A stretch of 64,000 nt of DNA from Candidatus Marinacidobacterales bacterium (GTDB lineage: Bacteria > Acidobacteriota > Vicinamibacteria > Marinacidobacterales > SMYC01). Positions 8,760 to 18,717 of the stretch are shown here, in pieces; positions within the stretch are counted from its first letter, which is position 1; each line of letters opens with the position of its first letter. Where the stretch lies: positions 744,556 to 808,555 of the forward strand of contig CBDCYI010000009.1 of assembly GCA_965224085.1 (NCBI GenBank). Reading direction: 5' to 3'. The notes below the pieces were generated by a model that saw only the letters and a program-made list of their open reading frames with translations, was not told where the DNA came from and ran no database searches. The translations under genes and the position numbers were made by a program.

Positions 8760-9269
8760 TCAGGGGGCGCCGGCGACGACTGACTTCGTGCCGGTCGATG
8801 CGTACGGCGTCCCCAGGGTGCCACGATTTTCCGAGCGAGCGCCGCTCGCCGAAAGAAGACGTTTTCCGAGCCGGTCGCCGAGAAGAACCGCGAGGAGTAC
8901 GGTGAACACTGGAGTCGTATTGACGAGCAGGCTCGCGGCCCCGGCGCTCACGGTTTGCTCGCCCGTGTTGAGCGCTACGTGGTACACCACGATTCCAGTC
9001 AAACCGAGCGACAGGAACCCGAGCCAGTCCTTGGGTCCGGCCTTCAGTAGCGAGCGACGCTTTGAGGCGGCGAGAAGATAGCTTCCGAGCAAAACCGAAG
9101 CGATGGAGAAACGAAGAAGCGCGAGCGGTCCCGGCGGGTAGTGCACAACCGCGACGCGAATACCGACAAAAGCCGTCGCCCAAAGAACGAGCGCCATGGC
9201 CATGCCGAAGCCGAGAAAGGACACGCCCTCGGCCCGCTCTTCTGTGATCGTAGTGCTCACACTGCTCAC
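8760..9269 (-). CDS. EamA/DMT-family membrane protein: a single EamA domain only, possibly a truncated gene
   Basis: Hydrophobic EamA-like text LWATAFVGIRVAV...LLVNTTPVFTVLLAVLLGDRLGKR, then a non-membrane tail. Typical DMT proteins have two such domains. Confidence 0.5.
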   Translation of the reverse strand: MSSVSTTITEERAEGVSFLGFGMAMALVLWATAFVGIRVAVVHYPPGPLALLRFSIASVLLGSYLLAASKRRSLLKAGPKDWLGFLSLGLTGIVVYHVALNTGEQTVSAGAASLLVNTTPVFTVLLAVLLGDRLGKRLLSASGARSENRGTLGTPYASTGTKSVVAGAP

Positions 9270-9319
9270 ACAACCGTTCTACACGAGCGCACCGGCGAGC
9301 GGGAATTGATTCAGGACAA

Positions 9320-10924
9320 TTACGAGAAGAAATCGTTCCCTTTGTCGTCTACAACGATGAAGGCCGGGAAGTTCTCGACGTCGATGCGCCAGACGGCTTC
9401 CATGCCAAGCTCTTCGTACTCGACGACTTCGACTTTCTTGATCGATTCGAGCGCGAGGATGGCGGCGGGCCCTCCGATGGAGCCTAGATAGAACCCTCCG
9501 TACTTTTTGCACGCGTCGCTCACTTGCCGGGATCGGTTGCCTTTGGCGAGTGTTATGAAGCTTCCGCCATGCTCCATGAAAGGACCAACGTAAGAGTCCA
9601 TCCGTCCGGCGGTCGTCGGACCGAAGGAGCCCGACGCATAGCCAACGGGTGTCTTCGCCGGACCGGCGTAGTAAATAATGTGGTCCTTGAAATATTGCGG
9701 CAGCCCTTCGCCGCGATCGATGCGCTCTTTGAGCTTAGCGTGCGCAATATCGCGAGCCACGATAATCGAGCCTGTCAGCGAGAGCCTCGTTTTGACCGGA
9801 TAGCTGGAGAGCGTCTCTCGAACCTCACTCATGGGCTTGTTCAAGTCCAGCTCGACGACCTCCGCTCCGAGCTCCTCGCCTTCGACCTCCGGCATGAACT
9901 GCGCCGGGTTGGTCTCGAGCTGCTCCAGAAAAATCCCACCGCGCGTGATCTTCCCGTACGCTTGCCGGTCGGCCGAGCACGATACGCCAATACCGACAGG
10001 GAGCGACGCGCCGTGGCGCGGAAGCCGGATGATGCGCACGTCATGGCAGAAATAGGTGCCGCCGAACTGCGCGCCGACCCCGAGCTTGCGTGAGCGCGCG
10101 AGCACTTCTTTCTCGAGCGCAACGTCCCGGAACGCGCGGCCGAGCTCGTTCCCGGTTTGAGGCAGACCGTCGAGATACTTGCAGCTCGCGAGCTTTACCG
10201 TTTTGAGCGTGAGCTCCGCGGACGTTCCTCCGATAACGATCGCAAGGTGGTAGGGCGGACAGGCTGCCGTACCGAGGCTTTTCATCTTCTCCTCGATGAA
10301 GCTCACGAGCGCGTCCGGGTTCAAAAGAGCGCGGGTCTCTTGATAGAGAAAACTCTTATTCGCGGAGCCCCCTCCTTTGGTGATGAACAGAAAATGGTAT
10401 TCGTCGCCTTTGGTTGCGTAGAGCTCGATTTGGGCCGGGAGATTGTTCTTGGTGTTCTTCTCCTCGTACATCGAGAGCGGCGCTAGCTGCGAATAGCGTA
10501 GGTTCGTTGTCGTGTAGGTGTTGTAAATGCCGCGGGCGAGCGCTTCCTCGTCATCGCCCGACGTCAAGACGAATTGACCTTTCTTGCCGACGACGATGGC
10601 CGTCCCTGTGTCCTGACAGGACGGGAGGATCATCCCGGCGGCGACGTTGGCATTTTTCAGCATCTGGATCGCGACAAAACGATCGTTGTCGCTCGCCTCG
10701 GGGTCGTCGAGGATTTGGTGTACCTGTTCGAGGTGCGACGTCCGGAACAAGTGCGAGACATCGCGCACGGCCTCGGCCGCGAGAAGTGACAGCCCTTCGG
10801 GCTCGACACTCAGAAATTGGTGCTCACCGAGCATCGCCACCTTCACGTGGTCGCTCGTCAGCTTGCGAAACGGGATCTCCTCGTGACCCATCTCGAACAT
10901 CGGTTGGAAACGAAACGCCGTCAT
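9320..10924 (-). CDS. Class I (Fe-S) fumarate hydratase
   Basis: [29 protein letters not shown], and a C-terminal beta-type domain [13 protein letters not shown]...YYAGPAKTP. Start taken at MTAFRF. Confidence 0.9.
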   Translation of the reverse strand: MTAFRFQPMFEMGHEEIPFRKLTSDHVKVAMLGEHQFLSVEPEGLSLLAAEAVRDVSHLFRTSHLEQVHQILDDPEASDNDRFVAIQMLKNANVAAGMILPSCQDTGTAIVVGKKGQFVLTSGDDEEALARGIYNTYTTTNLRYSQLAPLSMYEEKNTKNNLPAQIELYATKGDEYHFLFITKGGGSANKSFLYQETRALLNPDALVSFIEEKMKSLGTAACPPYHLAIVIGGTSAELTLKTVKLASCKYLDGLPQTGNELGRAFRDVALEKEVLARSRKLGVGAQFGGTYFCHDVRIIRLPRHGASLPVGIGVSCSADRQAYGKITRGGIFLEQLETNPAQFMPEVEGEELGAEVVELDLNKPMSEVRETLSSYPVKTRLSLTGSIIVARDIAHAKLKERIDRGEGLPQYFKDHIIYYAGPAKTPVGYASGSFGPTTAGRMDSYVGPFMEHGGSFITLAKGNRSRQVSDACKKYGGFYLGSIGGPAAILALESIKKVEVVEYEELGMEAVWRIDVENFPAFIVVDDKGNDFFS

Positions 10925-11016
10925 CGTCGACTTGTACTTCCCTTCTCGGGCCTTCGGCTCCCTCCATGAAGAGAATAGCACGCGTTTGCTCTATACTCGC
11001 GCGCACATTATGAGAG

Positions 11017-12231
11017 GTGGTTATGAGACGAATTCTGTTCTGTGTGGCTTTTCTGCTTGTAGGCAACAGCGCGTGGGCGCAACAGCAAGAGGATGATCGG
11101 GCCGTCATCCGGCTGAATCCGAACGACCCCACGCTCGACGCGTGGAAGGAGCTCCGCGACACGTCGGGCGATCCGAAGCGCGAGCCCGGGCCCATCAATA
11201 TCCAGCGCATGCCCGGGGGCCTGGGCTGGACCGGTATCCCCACCTTTTTCATGCTGCCCGTGGCTCTCACACCCGAGGATTTGACCGCCGGCGAGGTGGA
11301 CGTTGCCATCATGGGCGCGCCCCTCGATACGGGAAGCGGGATGCGTGGTGCTGCCTTCGGACCAAAAACACTCCGCGGCTCGGATAAATATCTCGGCTGG
11401 GGGAGTTGGTCGGACCCGCATCTGCACGTCATGGTGGACTGGATCCAGGACCTCACGGTTGTCGATTACGGCGATGCGCCCATCGACAATTTGAGCGCGG
11501 AACGGACGATGGCGCCCGTGCGCGCGATGGTCAAAGAGATCGCGGAGACGGGCGCGATTCCGATGATCGTGGGGGGGGACCATTCGCTCGAATATCCCGA
11601 CGTGGCTGCGATTGCCGACGTCTACGGCAAAGAGAATGTTGGCGTCATCCACTTCGACGCGCATTATGACGCGGGCGAGAATTTCGGCGGGCATTTGATC
11701 TCGCATGGCCAGCCCATCCGACGCCTCATCGAGGAAGGCCACGTGCTCGGTAAGAACTACGTTCAAGTCGGCCTTCGAGGCTACTGGCCGGGGGAGGACG
11801 GCTTTCGCTTCATGCGCGAGCACGGCTTCCGCTATCACACGATGGCCGAGATCGAGCGCGACGGCTGGGAGCCGGTCATGGAACGTGCGCTTCAGGAAGT
11901 CTCGGAAGGACCGGAATATCTGTACATCTCGCTCGACATCGACGTGCTCGATCCGGCCTATGCGGCAGGCACCGGTACGCCCGAGCCCGGCGGTCTGACG
12001 ACGCGGGAGCTCTTCCCCCTCGTCCGGCGGCTTTGTGCCGAGAACAATCTCGTCGGCTTCGAGCTCGTCGAGTTCAACCCGCTCGCCGACCCGGGCTACA
12101 CCACGAGTCTCAATGCCAACCGGGCCCTGCGTGAGTGCTTGACGGGGATTGCCCTTCGAAAGAAAGGCATCGACGAGAAGCACTATCTGAGCCCGTTGAC
12201 GGTGGAGCACGGGCGCGAGCCCGGGAGCTGA
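11017..12231 (+). CDS. Agmatinase/arginase (ureohydrolase) family protein with a signal peptide
   Basis: GGDHSLEYP, HFDAHYDAG, SLDIDVLDPAYAAGTGTPEPGGLT. N-terminus MVMRRILFCVAFLLVGNSAWAQQ. Confidence 0.85.
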   Translation: MVMRRILFCVAFLLVGNSAWAQQQEDDRAVIRLNPNDPTLDAWKELRDTSGDPKREPGPINIQRMPGGLGWTGIPTFFMLPVALTPEDLTAGEVDVAIMGAPLDTGSGMRGAAFGPKTLRGSDKYLGWGSWSDPHLHVMVDWIQDLTVVDYGDAPIDNLSAERTMAPVRAMVKEIAETGAIPMIVGGDHSLEYPDVAAIADVYGKENVGVIHFDAHYDAGENFGGHLISHGQPIRRLIEEGHVLGKNYVQVGLRGYWPGEDGFRFMREHGFRYHTMAEIERDGWEPVMERALQEVSEGPEYLYISLDIDVLDPAYAAGTGTPEPGGLTTRELFPLVRRLCAENNLVGFELVEFNPLADPGYTTSLNANRALRECLTGIALRKKGIDEKHYLSPLTVEHGREPGS

Positions 12232-12240
12232 CCTACTTAG

Positions 12241-12460
12241 GTCCAGCTGAGGACGAACAACCCGCGGAAGATCGAGCAGCTGACGCAGTTCGGCATTCGC
12301 GTGAAGCCGTCTTCCGCACATCATCCCGCCGAGCGTCCACAACCGTTTCTACCTGGAAACGAAGCGTGACCGTTCGGGCCATTACATCGATTTCGCCGGC
12401 AAGCCCCACCTCATGGAACAGAGCGATCCGGTCGTGGTCGATGGGATTCCCGAACCCTAA
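12241..12460 (+). pseudogene. C-terminal remnant of a GTP cyclohydrolase II (RibA-like) gene, frameshifted
   Basis: LRTNNPRKIEQLTQFGIRV, then in another frame RLPHIIPPSVHNRFYLETKRDRSGHYI...GIPEP stop. No N-terminal part is present. Confidence 0.55.
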
Positions 12461-12479
12461 GCCTAAGTGTGACGGGCTG

Positions 12480-14144
12480 CTATTGCAGCCCCTGGATCTT
12501 CCCGTCCCGGAAATCGATATCTTCGGCGCGTGGCTTTCGAGGAAGGCCGGGCATGCGCAGGATGTTTCCGGTCAGCACGACGAGAAATCCGGCGCCCGCG
12601 TTGATTTGGATTCCGCGCACCGTGGCCTCGAAATCCGGCCGTCCCAGAAGCTTCGGATCGTCCGAGAGCGAGTTCTGCGTCTTGGCGATACAGATAGGAA
12701 GCTCCGAAAAGCCGAGTTTCTCGGCCTCCGCGATGCTCCGCTCCGCCACCTTGGTGAAGACGACGTCGCTGGCGCCATAGGCGCTCCGTGCCACCTTCCG
12801 GATCTTCACGTGAATGGGATCCGATAGCTCATATAAGGGCTTGAAGGGTTCGCTGGCGCTTGACGTCGTCTCCATGACGGCCTTGGCGAGCTCGACGGCG
12901 CCGTCGCCGCCGCGCGCGTGATGGTCGGAGACCGCAAAAGCGGCCCCGAGCTCTTCGCAGCGCCGCCGCACGACCTCGATTTCTTCATCCGTGTCGGTGC
13001 CGAATTTGTTGAGCACCACGACGGCGGGCTTTTTGAACGTGTGCGCGGTCTCGAGATGCTTTTCGAGGTTGGGAAGGCCTTTCGCCACGGCATCCGCGTC
13101 GGGCTCAGTGAGCTCGGTCTTGTCGCGTCCTCCATGCATCTTGAGCGCGCGTACCGTGGCCACGAGAACAACGGCGGCCGCATCGAGGCCGGCCGAGCGG
13201 CACTTGATGTCGAAGAATTTCTCTGTGCCGAGGTCGAAGCCGAAGCCTGCCTCCGTCACCGCCCAATCCGCGACGTGGAGCGCCGTGCGCGTCGCAATGA
13301 CGCTATTGCATCCATGTGCAATGTTCGCGAACGGCCCGCCGTGGATGAGCGCCGGGACCCCTTCGAGTGTCTGCACGAGGTTCGGGCTCAAGGCATCGCT
13401 CATGAGCGCCATCATGGCGCCCGAGACCCCCAAATTCTCCGCGACTACCGGCTCCTTGTCGCGAGTGAAGCCGACGACGATCCGGTCGAGACGCTTCCGC
13501 AGATCATCGGGGTCCTTCGCTAAACAAAGGATGGCCATGACTTCGGACGCAGCCGTGATGTCGAAGCCTGTTTCGCGCGGCATGCTGTGGAGCGGTCCGC
13601 CGAGGCCGGCGACGACATTTCGGAGCGAGCGGTCGTTCATGTCGATGACGCGCTTCCATACGACGCGCCGCGGATCGATGCCGAGCTCGTTCCCGAAATG
13701 AAGATGGTTGTCGAGCGCGGCGGACAGCAGATTGTGCGCCGTGGTGACGGCGTGAAAGTCTCCGGTGAAGTGCAAGTTGATGCGCTCCATCGGGAACACC
13801 TGGCTGTAGCCGCCGCCCGTCGCGCCGCCCTTGATGCCCATGCACGGACCTAGAGATGGCTCGCGAAGAGCGAGACAGACGGACTCACCGAGCTTCGCAA
13901 GACCTTGAGCGAGCCCGATGCTCGTCGTCGTCTTGCCTTCGCCCGCCGGCGTGGGCGTGATCGCGGAGACGAGGATGAGCTTCGACTCGCCGTTCTTCGC
14001 GGGGCGGTCGAGCACCGAAGAGTCGACTTTCGCAATGTGCTGTCCGTAGGGCTGCCACTCGGAAGCGTCGAGCCCTAGCCCTTCGGCGATCTCGGAGATG
14101 GGCCTCGGAGAGATGGAACGTGAGATTTCGATATCTGTTTTCAT
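12480..14144 (-). CDS. fhs: Formate--tetrahydrofolate ligase
   Basis: Full-length 554 aa. AITPTPAGEGKTTTSIGLAQGL, HGGPFANIAHGCNS, CIAKTQNSLSDDPKL. Confidence 0.95.
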   Translation of the reverse strand: MKTDIEISRSISPRPISEIAEGLGLDASEWQPYGQHIAKVDSSVLDRPAKNGESKLILVSAITPTPAGEGKTTTSIGLAQGLAKLGESVCLALREPSLGPCMGIKGGATGGGYSQVFPMERINLHFTGDFHAVTTAHNLLSAALDNHLHFGNELGIDPRRVVWKRVIDMNDRSLRNVVAGLGGPLHSMPRETGFDITAASEVMAILCLAKDPDDLRKRLDRIVVGFTRDKEPVVAENLGVSGAMMALMSDALSPNLVQTLEGVPALIHGGPFANIAHGCNSVIATRTALHVADWAVTEAGFGFDLGTEKFFDIKCRSAGLDAAAVVLVATVRALKMHGGRDKTELTEPDADAVAKGLPNLEKHLETAHTFKKPAVVVLNKFGTDTDEEIEVVRRRCEELGAAFAVSDHHARGGDGAVELAKAVMETTSSASEPFKPLYELSDPIHVKIRKVARSAYGASDVVFTKVAERSIAEAEKLGFSELPICIAKTQNSLSDDPKLLGRPDFEATVRGIQINAGAGFLVVLTGNILRMPGLPRKPRAEDIDFRDGKIQGLQ

Positions 14145-14156
14145 TCGACTACACCT

Positions 14157-15041
14157 TCAATCCACGGATTCGGTTGTGTTCATGAGAGCGTGTACGTGAT
14201 CTCGATAAAACTTCATGATTTCTTGGGTCACGGGCCCGGGCTTGCCATCGCCGATGGTTGTGTCGTCGACGCGAACGATCGGAACGACCTGGCGCGCCGA
14301 AGCGGTGATGAACACTTCTTCGGCACCGAGAAGATCCTCGGGCGTGCACGTCTTCTCTTCGAGCTCGATGCCGTTTCCTTGCGCGATCAAGATCACGTGC
14401 TCGCGCGTTATGCCTTCGAGAAGCCCGGAGGAGAGCGGTGGCGTCGTGACGGTGCCGCCCCGCACGACGAATAAGTTCGACATGGATCCTTCGCAGACCT
14501 CGCCGCGCGCGTTGAGCAGAAGGGCTTCGTAAGCGCCTTTCTCGTGCGCCTGCCGTAGCGCCATGATGTTGTTCAACAGGTTCGAGGACTTGATTCTCGG
14601 ACTCAAGTTGCCCGTGGCCGCCCGCATGACGGTCGCGAACGCCGCTTTAGCGCCCTTCCGGTAGAGGCTTTCCGGATAGTCAGGCAACGGGCGCACGATG
14701 ATGACCACGGTCGGCTTGCGGGCGGAACCCGTGCGGTAGTCGATGGCGCCGATGCCGGCGGAGATGACGACCCGGATGGACGACTCGGCGTTGCCGGCCT
14801 CCTCGAGCGTTCTGTACACGCGCTGTGTGAGCGTCTTCGTGCTGACGTCGATATCGATGCTGAGCGCTTCAGCTGATTCGCGGAGACGTCCGAGGTGGCG
14901 TTCTAGAACGAAAGGCACGCCGTCATAGGTGCGGATGGTCTCGTAGACGCTCGCCCCGAAGAGAAAGCCTTGGTCCAACGGCGACAGGAGGCGATCCTCC
15001 TCCGTGCCCATCTGTCCGTCCACGTTGATGCGTATCGACAT
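14157..15041 (-). CDS. Class IV aminotransferase (branched-chain / D-amino-acid aminotransferase family)
   Basis: 294 aa. YETIRTYDG.PF.LERHL.RL, EGSMSNLFVV, ITPPLSSGLLEGITR. Confidence 0.85.
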   Translation of the reverse strand: MSIRINVDGQMGTEEDRLLSPLDQGFLFGASVYETIRTYDGVPFVLERHLGRLRESAEALSIDIDVSTKTLTQRVYRTLEEAGNAESSIRVVISAGIGAIDYRTGSARKPTVVIIVRPLPDYPESLYRKGAKAAFATVMRAATGNLSPRIKSSNLLNNIMALRQAHEKGAYEALLLNARGEVCEGSMSNLFVVRGGTVTTPPLSSGLLEGITREHVILIAQGNGIELEEKTCTPEDLLGAEEVFITASARQVVPIVRVDDTTIGDGKPGPVTQEIMKFYRDHVHALMNTTESVD

Positions 15042-15143
15042 GCTTTCCTGCGCGCAGGAGCGTTGTTGTTACCGTAGCTTGCCGGCCCATGAGCCACAAA
15101 CCTGCTATTATCCCTCGGCGCCGGGGCGTGAGGAAAGCGGAAT

Positions 15144-15385
15144 CTAATCGCTGCGAAGGGCGGCGGTGGGCTCGAGCCGGGCGGCGCGCCGGACGGACAG
15201 AGCGCAGGCGACAAAGGCGACGGCCGTCAAGATCGCGGCGGCGGCGGTAAAAGTTGCGGTGTCGTTCGGGCTGACGCGAAAGAGCAGCCCTGCCGAGTAG
15301 CGGGTCAGCGCTAGCGCGCTGAGGATTCCGGTGGCGAGTCCAAAAGGGCCGGCCGCATCCCTTCCCCGATAAGCAGGCGATCATT
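15144..15385 (-). pseudogene. C-terminal remnant of an FtsX-like (ADOP/MacB-type) ABC permease
   Basis: The minus strand reads ...LTRYSAGLLFRVSPNDTATFTAAAAILTAVAFVACALSVRRAARLEPTAALRSD stop, the typical end of FtsX-family permeases. No upstream part is present. Confidence 0.55.
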
Positions 15386-15387
15386 GG

Positions 15388-15568
15388 CTACGTCGCGGCA
15401 GGGGGCTTCGGGCCTGTTGTCGAAAAGTCGATAGCACTCGCCTATCTCCCGAAAGATTTCTTGGAGCCTGGCACGAAGCTGTCGGTCGAGCTATTGGGAC
15501 AAAAGCATGAGGCGACGGTCGTCGAGCAACCGCTGTACGACCCCGACAACGTGAAGCTTCTAAGCTGA
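15388..15568 (+). pseudogene. C-terminal remnant of a GcvT-family (aminomethyltransferase-like) gene
   Basis: GYVAAGGFGPVVEKSIALAYLPKDFLEPGTKLSVELLGQKHEATVVEQPLYDPDN is the typical GcvT C-terminal barrel. No N-terminal part is present. Confidence 0.5.
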
Positions 15569-15576
15569 AGGTGAAG

Positions 15577-17415
15577 TTATAGAGCCAGCTGCTCATGCAC
15601 CGCGCGGTGCGCTTCCCGGAAAGCACCTTGCGTCCAAGGCGAGCCCGACGCGTCCGCGCCTGCGAAAGAGATACGTCCGATGCGCTTCTGGCCACGGAGG
15701 CGGTGAGGTGAGTCGACGTCTGGATGGGGAAACACGATGTAGCCGTGGCCCCAGCGGTTCACCGTGATGGCTTTGATGTCCTCGGCAGGATTGAAACCCC
15801 ATGGGCCGAGCACGTGCTCGAGCTCGGTGCGGATCTCGCGTTCGAGCTCTTCGAACGACTTCGTTTCGAGCTCGTAGCGATTGAGCTTCAGCTGCTCCTC
15901 GATGGGCAGCCCAGGCTTTCGAAGGTACTTGAACATCGATAGCACCGTGGGCTTGTCCGGGCGGTGCTCGGGTTGGTAGGCGCCGACGTGGAGCGGGTCG
16001 AGAACGTGCATCCACGTCTGGTAGCGGCCCGGCGTGTACATCTCGAACGCGCCAGCGTCCGCGATAGGTTTCCACTGATTGAGCAGCACATTGATGTAGA
16101 GAGCGGAGCAGTGGCCGTAGCCATCGAGCGCTTTTCTCTGATCCTCGGAGAGCTCGGGGACAATGTGCTTGGCGACGGTGCCCCACGCTCCCACGACGAC
16201 ATTCTTTGCGGTCACGGAGCATACTTCGCCCTTGGGGGTCGCGTAGTAAACGGCAACGCGGCTGCCTCCGTCGATATGCTCGATGCGCACGACGGTCGAG
16301 CGTAGACGCAAACGCACGTCAGAATCGGCGGTGTCCATACGGTTGTAGCGGATCTCACCGTTGAAGACGCCTTCCATCGAGTCTTCTCCCGAGATGGCAT
16401 CCGGGAGGATTTTCTTTACGAGCTGACGCGCCACGCTTCGATTACCGTCGGGAAACCGGTAGAGGGGCTCGTAGCTGTAGCGCAACATGCCATCATCGTC
16501 ATAGGAGCCTTCGCCCCCGACACCAAAGAAACCGGGGCCGTCCGCGTAGCCATAGGTCGCCGGAAGCGCGTCGCACCCAAGCCCGCCGAGATCGGTGGCG
16601 TAGATGTCCGAGAAATGAACGGCCGTATCTCCGAGGCCCATCTTGTCCCGGATGTAGCTCTCCCAGGTCATCGAGGCCAAGGCTCTTTCCGGCTCATCTT
16701 CGTCGGCGAGGTAGTTCTTGCGCGTCGTGTAGAGCGTCAAGAGCTCCGCTCGGTTGGACTCGGAAAGCGGCGTTTTAGCTAGAAACTCCTCCCACGCAAT
16801 CGTGTGAAAGCCCTGCGTTAATTGCTTTTTTCCGACTTCCGAGAACACGTCGGGATCGAAGAAACAAGTAGACGCGAGCCCGAAGCGCTCACGATAGTCG
16901 GGATCTCGAAATCCGTAGACCCGTTCGGTGTCGATGCCTAGATCGGTCAGAATCTCCCTGGCCTCGGGCGGCGACTCCTCCGGAGCCTCGAGATCATAAG
17001 TGCCGCCATTGACGATGAGCGTCGTGTCGTTCCACTTGAACGTGTTGCGCCGCGCGTGGCCGCCGAAATCCTCGTTGTTCTCGAGAAGCAGAATGCGGGC
17101 TTTGCCGCATCGCTCTTTCTTATAGACGTGTGCGGCGGCGAGTCCGCCGAGCCCGGCGCCGACGACGATGAGGTCATAGGATTCACCCGTGTCGACCACA
17201 TGGCTCGGCAGCTGGCGGTAGACGCCGTCGCGCACGCGGTGGCCACGGGCAGTCGATGCCCCGTCCTGACCTTGAAACCCCGACGGTGGAACGGAAGGAG
17301 ACTGGGCGCGAGCCCAGCTCGGAGCGACAAGTGCTATAGCCGTCCCTTGGAGAAAATCCCGGCGGCTAATGTTTCGGAACATGCCGAGGCGAACATCGCT
17401 ACGATTTCTCTTCAC
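15577..17415 (-). CDS. Tat-exported FAD/NAD(P)-dependent oxidoreductase (spermidine dehydrogenase SpdH-like)
   Basis: Twin-arginine signal NISRRDFLQGTAIALVAPSWARA. Dinucleotide fold YDLIVVGAGLGGLAAA...LLENNEDFGGHARRN. Confidence 0.7.
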   Translation of the reverse strand: MKRNRSDVRLGMFRNISRRDFLQGTAIALVAPSWARAQSPSVPPSGFQGQDGASTARGHRVRDGVYRQLPSHVVDTGESYDLIVVGAGLGGLAAAHVYKKERCGKARILLLENNEDFGGHARRNTFKWNDTTLIVNGGTYDLEAPEESPPEAREILTDLGIDTERVYGFRDPDYRERFGLASTCFFDPDVFSEVGKKQLTQGFHTIAWEEFLAKTPLSESNRAELLTLYTTRKNYLADEDEPERALASMTWESYIRDKMGLGDTAVHFSDIYATDLGGLGCDALPATYGYADGPGFFGVGGEGSYDDDGMLRYSYEPLYRFPDGNRSVARQLVKKILPDAISGEDSMEGVFNGEIRYNRMDTADSDVRLRLRSTVVRIEHIDGGSRVAVYYATPKGEVCSVTAKNVVVGAWGTVAKHIVPELSEDQRKALDGYGHCSALYINVLLNQWKPIADAGAFEMYTPGRYQTWMHVLDPLHVGAYQPEHRPDKPTVLSMFKYLRKPGLPIEEQLKLNRYELETKSFEELEREIRTELEHVLGPWGFNPAEDIKAITVNRWGHGYIVFPHPDVDSPHRLRGQKRIGRISFAGADASGSPWTQGAFREAHRAVHEQLAL

Positions 17416-17546
17416 CGAATCCCCCGTTGCGCGCGGATGGCTATGTTATCGCGAGAATCGATCACCACGCATCCCCGACGCTAAACAGAGCCTGGGATTG
17501 CAGCCAATAGAGCGCCCATGACATCCTGCACCGGTCTGAGGAGGAT

Positions 17547-18686
17547 TTGCGCATGAAGCACCAAAGCCGGCACCCTTTTTCTTCGCGGCGGCTGACCTTA
17601 GTCGGCTGTTCGGTAGCCCTTTTCGTAAGCTCGGGCTGTAGTCCGCGTCCGGAAAATGACGATCGCGAGGCCGTCCTCTCGATGGATCCGGTGGACCTTC
17701 CCGAAGCCGACCCGGGGCTCCCGCTCGGACCGTACCGTCGAAACGACGCGCTAGCGAAAGACGTCTCCGTGGAGCGCGCGGCCCGGTTTCTGGATACGGT
17801 GGCGACGAATTGGGGCGAGAAGCGCGGCTGCGTGACGTGCCACACGAACGGCTACTACTTGACGGCTCCTCACGACGTGTTTGGTGCCCGGCCCGCCTTC
17901 CAGAAAGTGCGGGCGTTCGCACAGGGGTTCGTCGAGTCGTGGGATCCGGAGCAACTACCTGATACCCAGGTGTTCGTGGCCACCGCCGCTTTCCTTGCCA
18001 TTAACGATGCCGAGGCGGGGCGTGAGCTGGGGGCGGCGACGCTGAAGGCGCTCGATCACGCCTGGGACCAACAGAGCGAGCAAGGGCATTGGGCCAAATG
18101 GATCAAGTGCAACTGGCCTCCTTTCGAAAGCGACGACCATTTCGGCGTGACCTTGATGGCCATTGCCGTCGGCATGGCCGAAGACAACTATCAGCAAACG
18201 GATCGCGCCCAAGCCGGCATGGCTAGAATTCGAAGCTACCTGGCGAGCCATCCGCCGACTCACCTTCATCACAAGGCGATGTTGTTGTGGGCTGCGAAGT
18301 ACAACGACGGCTTGGTGGAAGATGGCGATCAAACGCGATGGATCGAGGAGCTCTTCGATCGGCAGCGGCTGGACGGAGGTTTTGCCTCGGGTGAGCTCGG
18401 AACCTGGCGTCAGCGCGACGGGGAGCCCTCCAATCCCCCGGTGAACGTGGAAAGCGACGGATACGGCACGGGCTTCGTGGTCTTTGTGCTGAGCGAGGCT
18501 GGAGTTCCTGCCTCCGATCCGCGGGTTCAAAAGGCCGTCGCCTGGCTCCTCTCCCATCAGCGAGCCAATGGCCACTGGTGGACCCAATCTCTCCGAAACG
18601 AGCCGGACACGTCGAACTACTTGACCCACGCTGGAACGACCTTTGCCCTGAAAGCGTTGGCCGCCACTGGGCTGCCCGAATCCTAA
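17547..18686 (+). CDS. Lipoprotein with one CxxCH motif and terpene-cyclase / prenyltransferase-like repeats
   Basis: Lipobox LFVSSGC; CVTCHTNG; repeats RQRLDGGFAS and SHQRANGHWW. Confidence 0.5.
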   Translation: MRMKHQSRHPFSSRRLTLVGCSVALFVSSGCSPRPENDDREAVLSMDPVDLPEADPGLPLGPYRRNDALAKDVSVERAARFLDTVATNWGEKRGCVTCHTNGYYLTAPHDVFGARPAFQKVRAFAQGFVESWDPEQLPDTQVFVATAAFLAINDAEAGRELGAATLKALDHAWDQQSEQGHWAKWIKCNWPPFESDDHFGVTLMAIAVGMAEDNYQQTDRAQAGMARIRSYLASHPPTHLHHKAMLLWAAKYNDGLVEDGDQTRWIEELFDRQRLDGGFASGELGTWRQRDGEPSNPPVNVESDGYGTGFVVFVLSEAGVPASDPRVQKAVAWLLSHQRANGHWWTQSLRNEPDTSNYLTHAGTTFALKALAATGLPES

Positions 18687-18717
18687 TCCCAGTCATCGTT
18701 CCATAAGCGCGCCCTCC

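Noticed and set aside
11008-12342. 444-aa ORF antisense to the agmatinase-like gene. Similar long antisense or overlapping ORFs occur at 6221-7174, 18817-19800, 31737-32786, 47396-48664, 52941-54329, 57077-58156 and 62357-63256.
   Set aside because: These are shadow ORFs, typical of GC-rich DNA. They are Arg/Ala/Gly-rich with no motifs, and each lies opposite or over a gene with clear family signatures.
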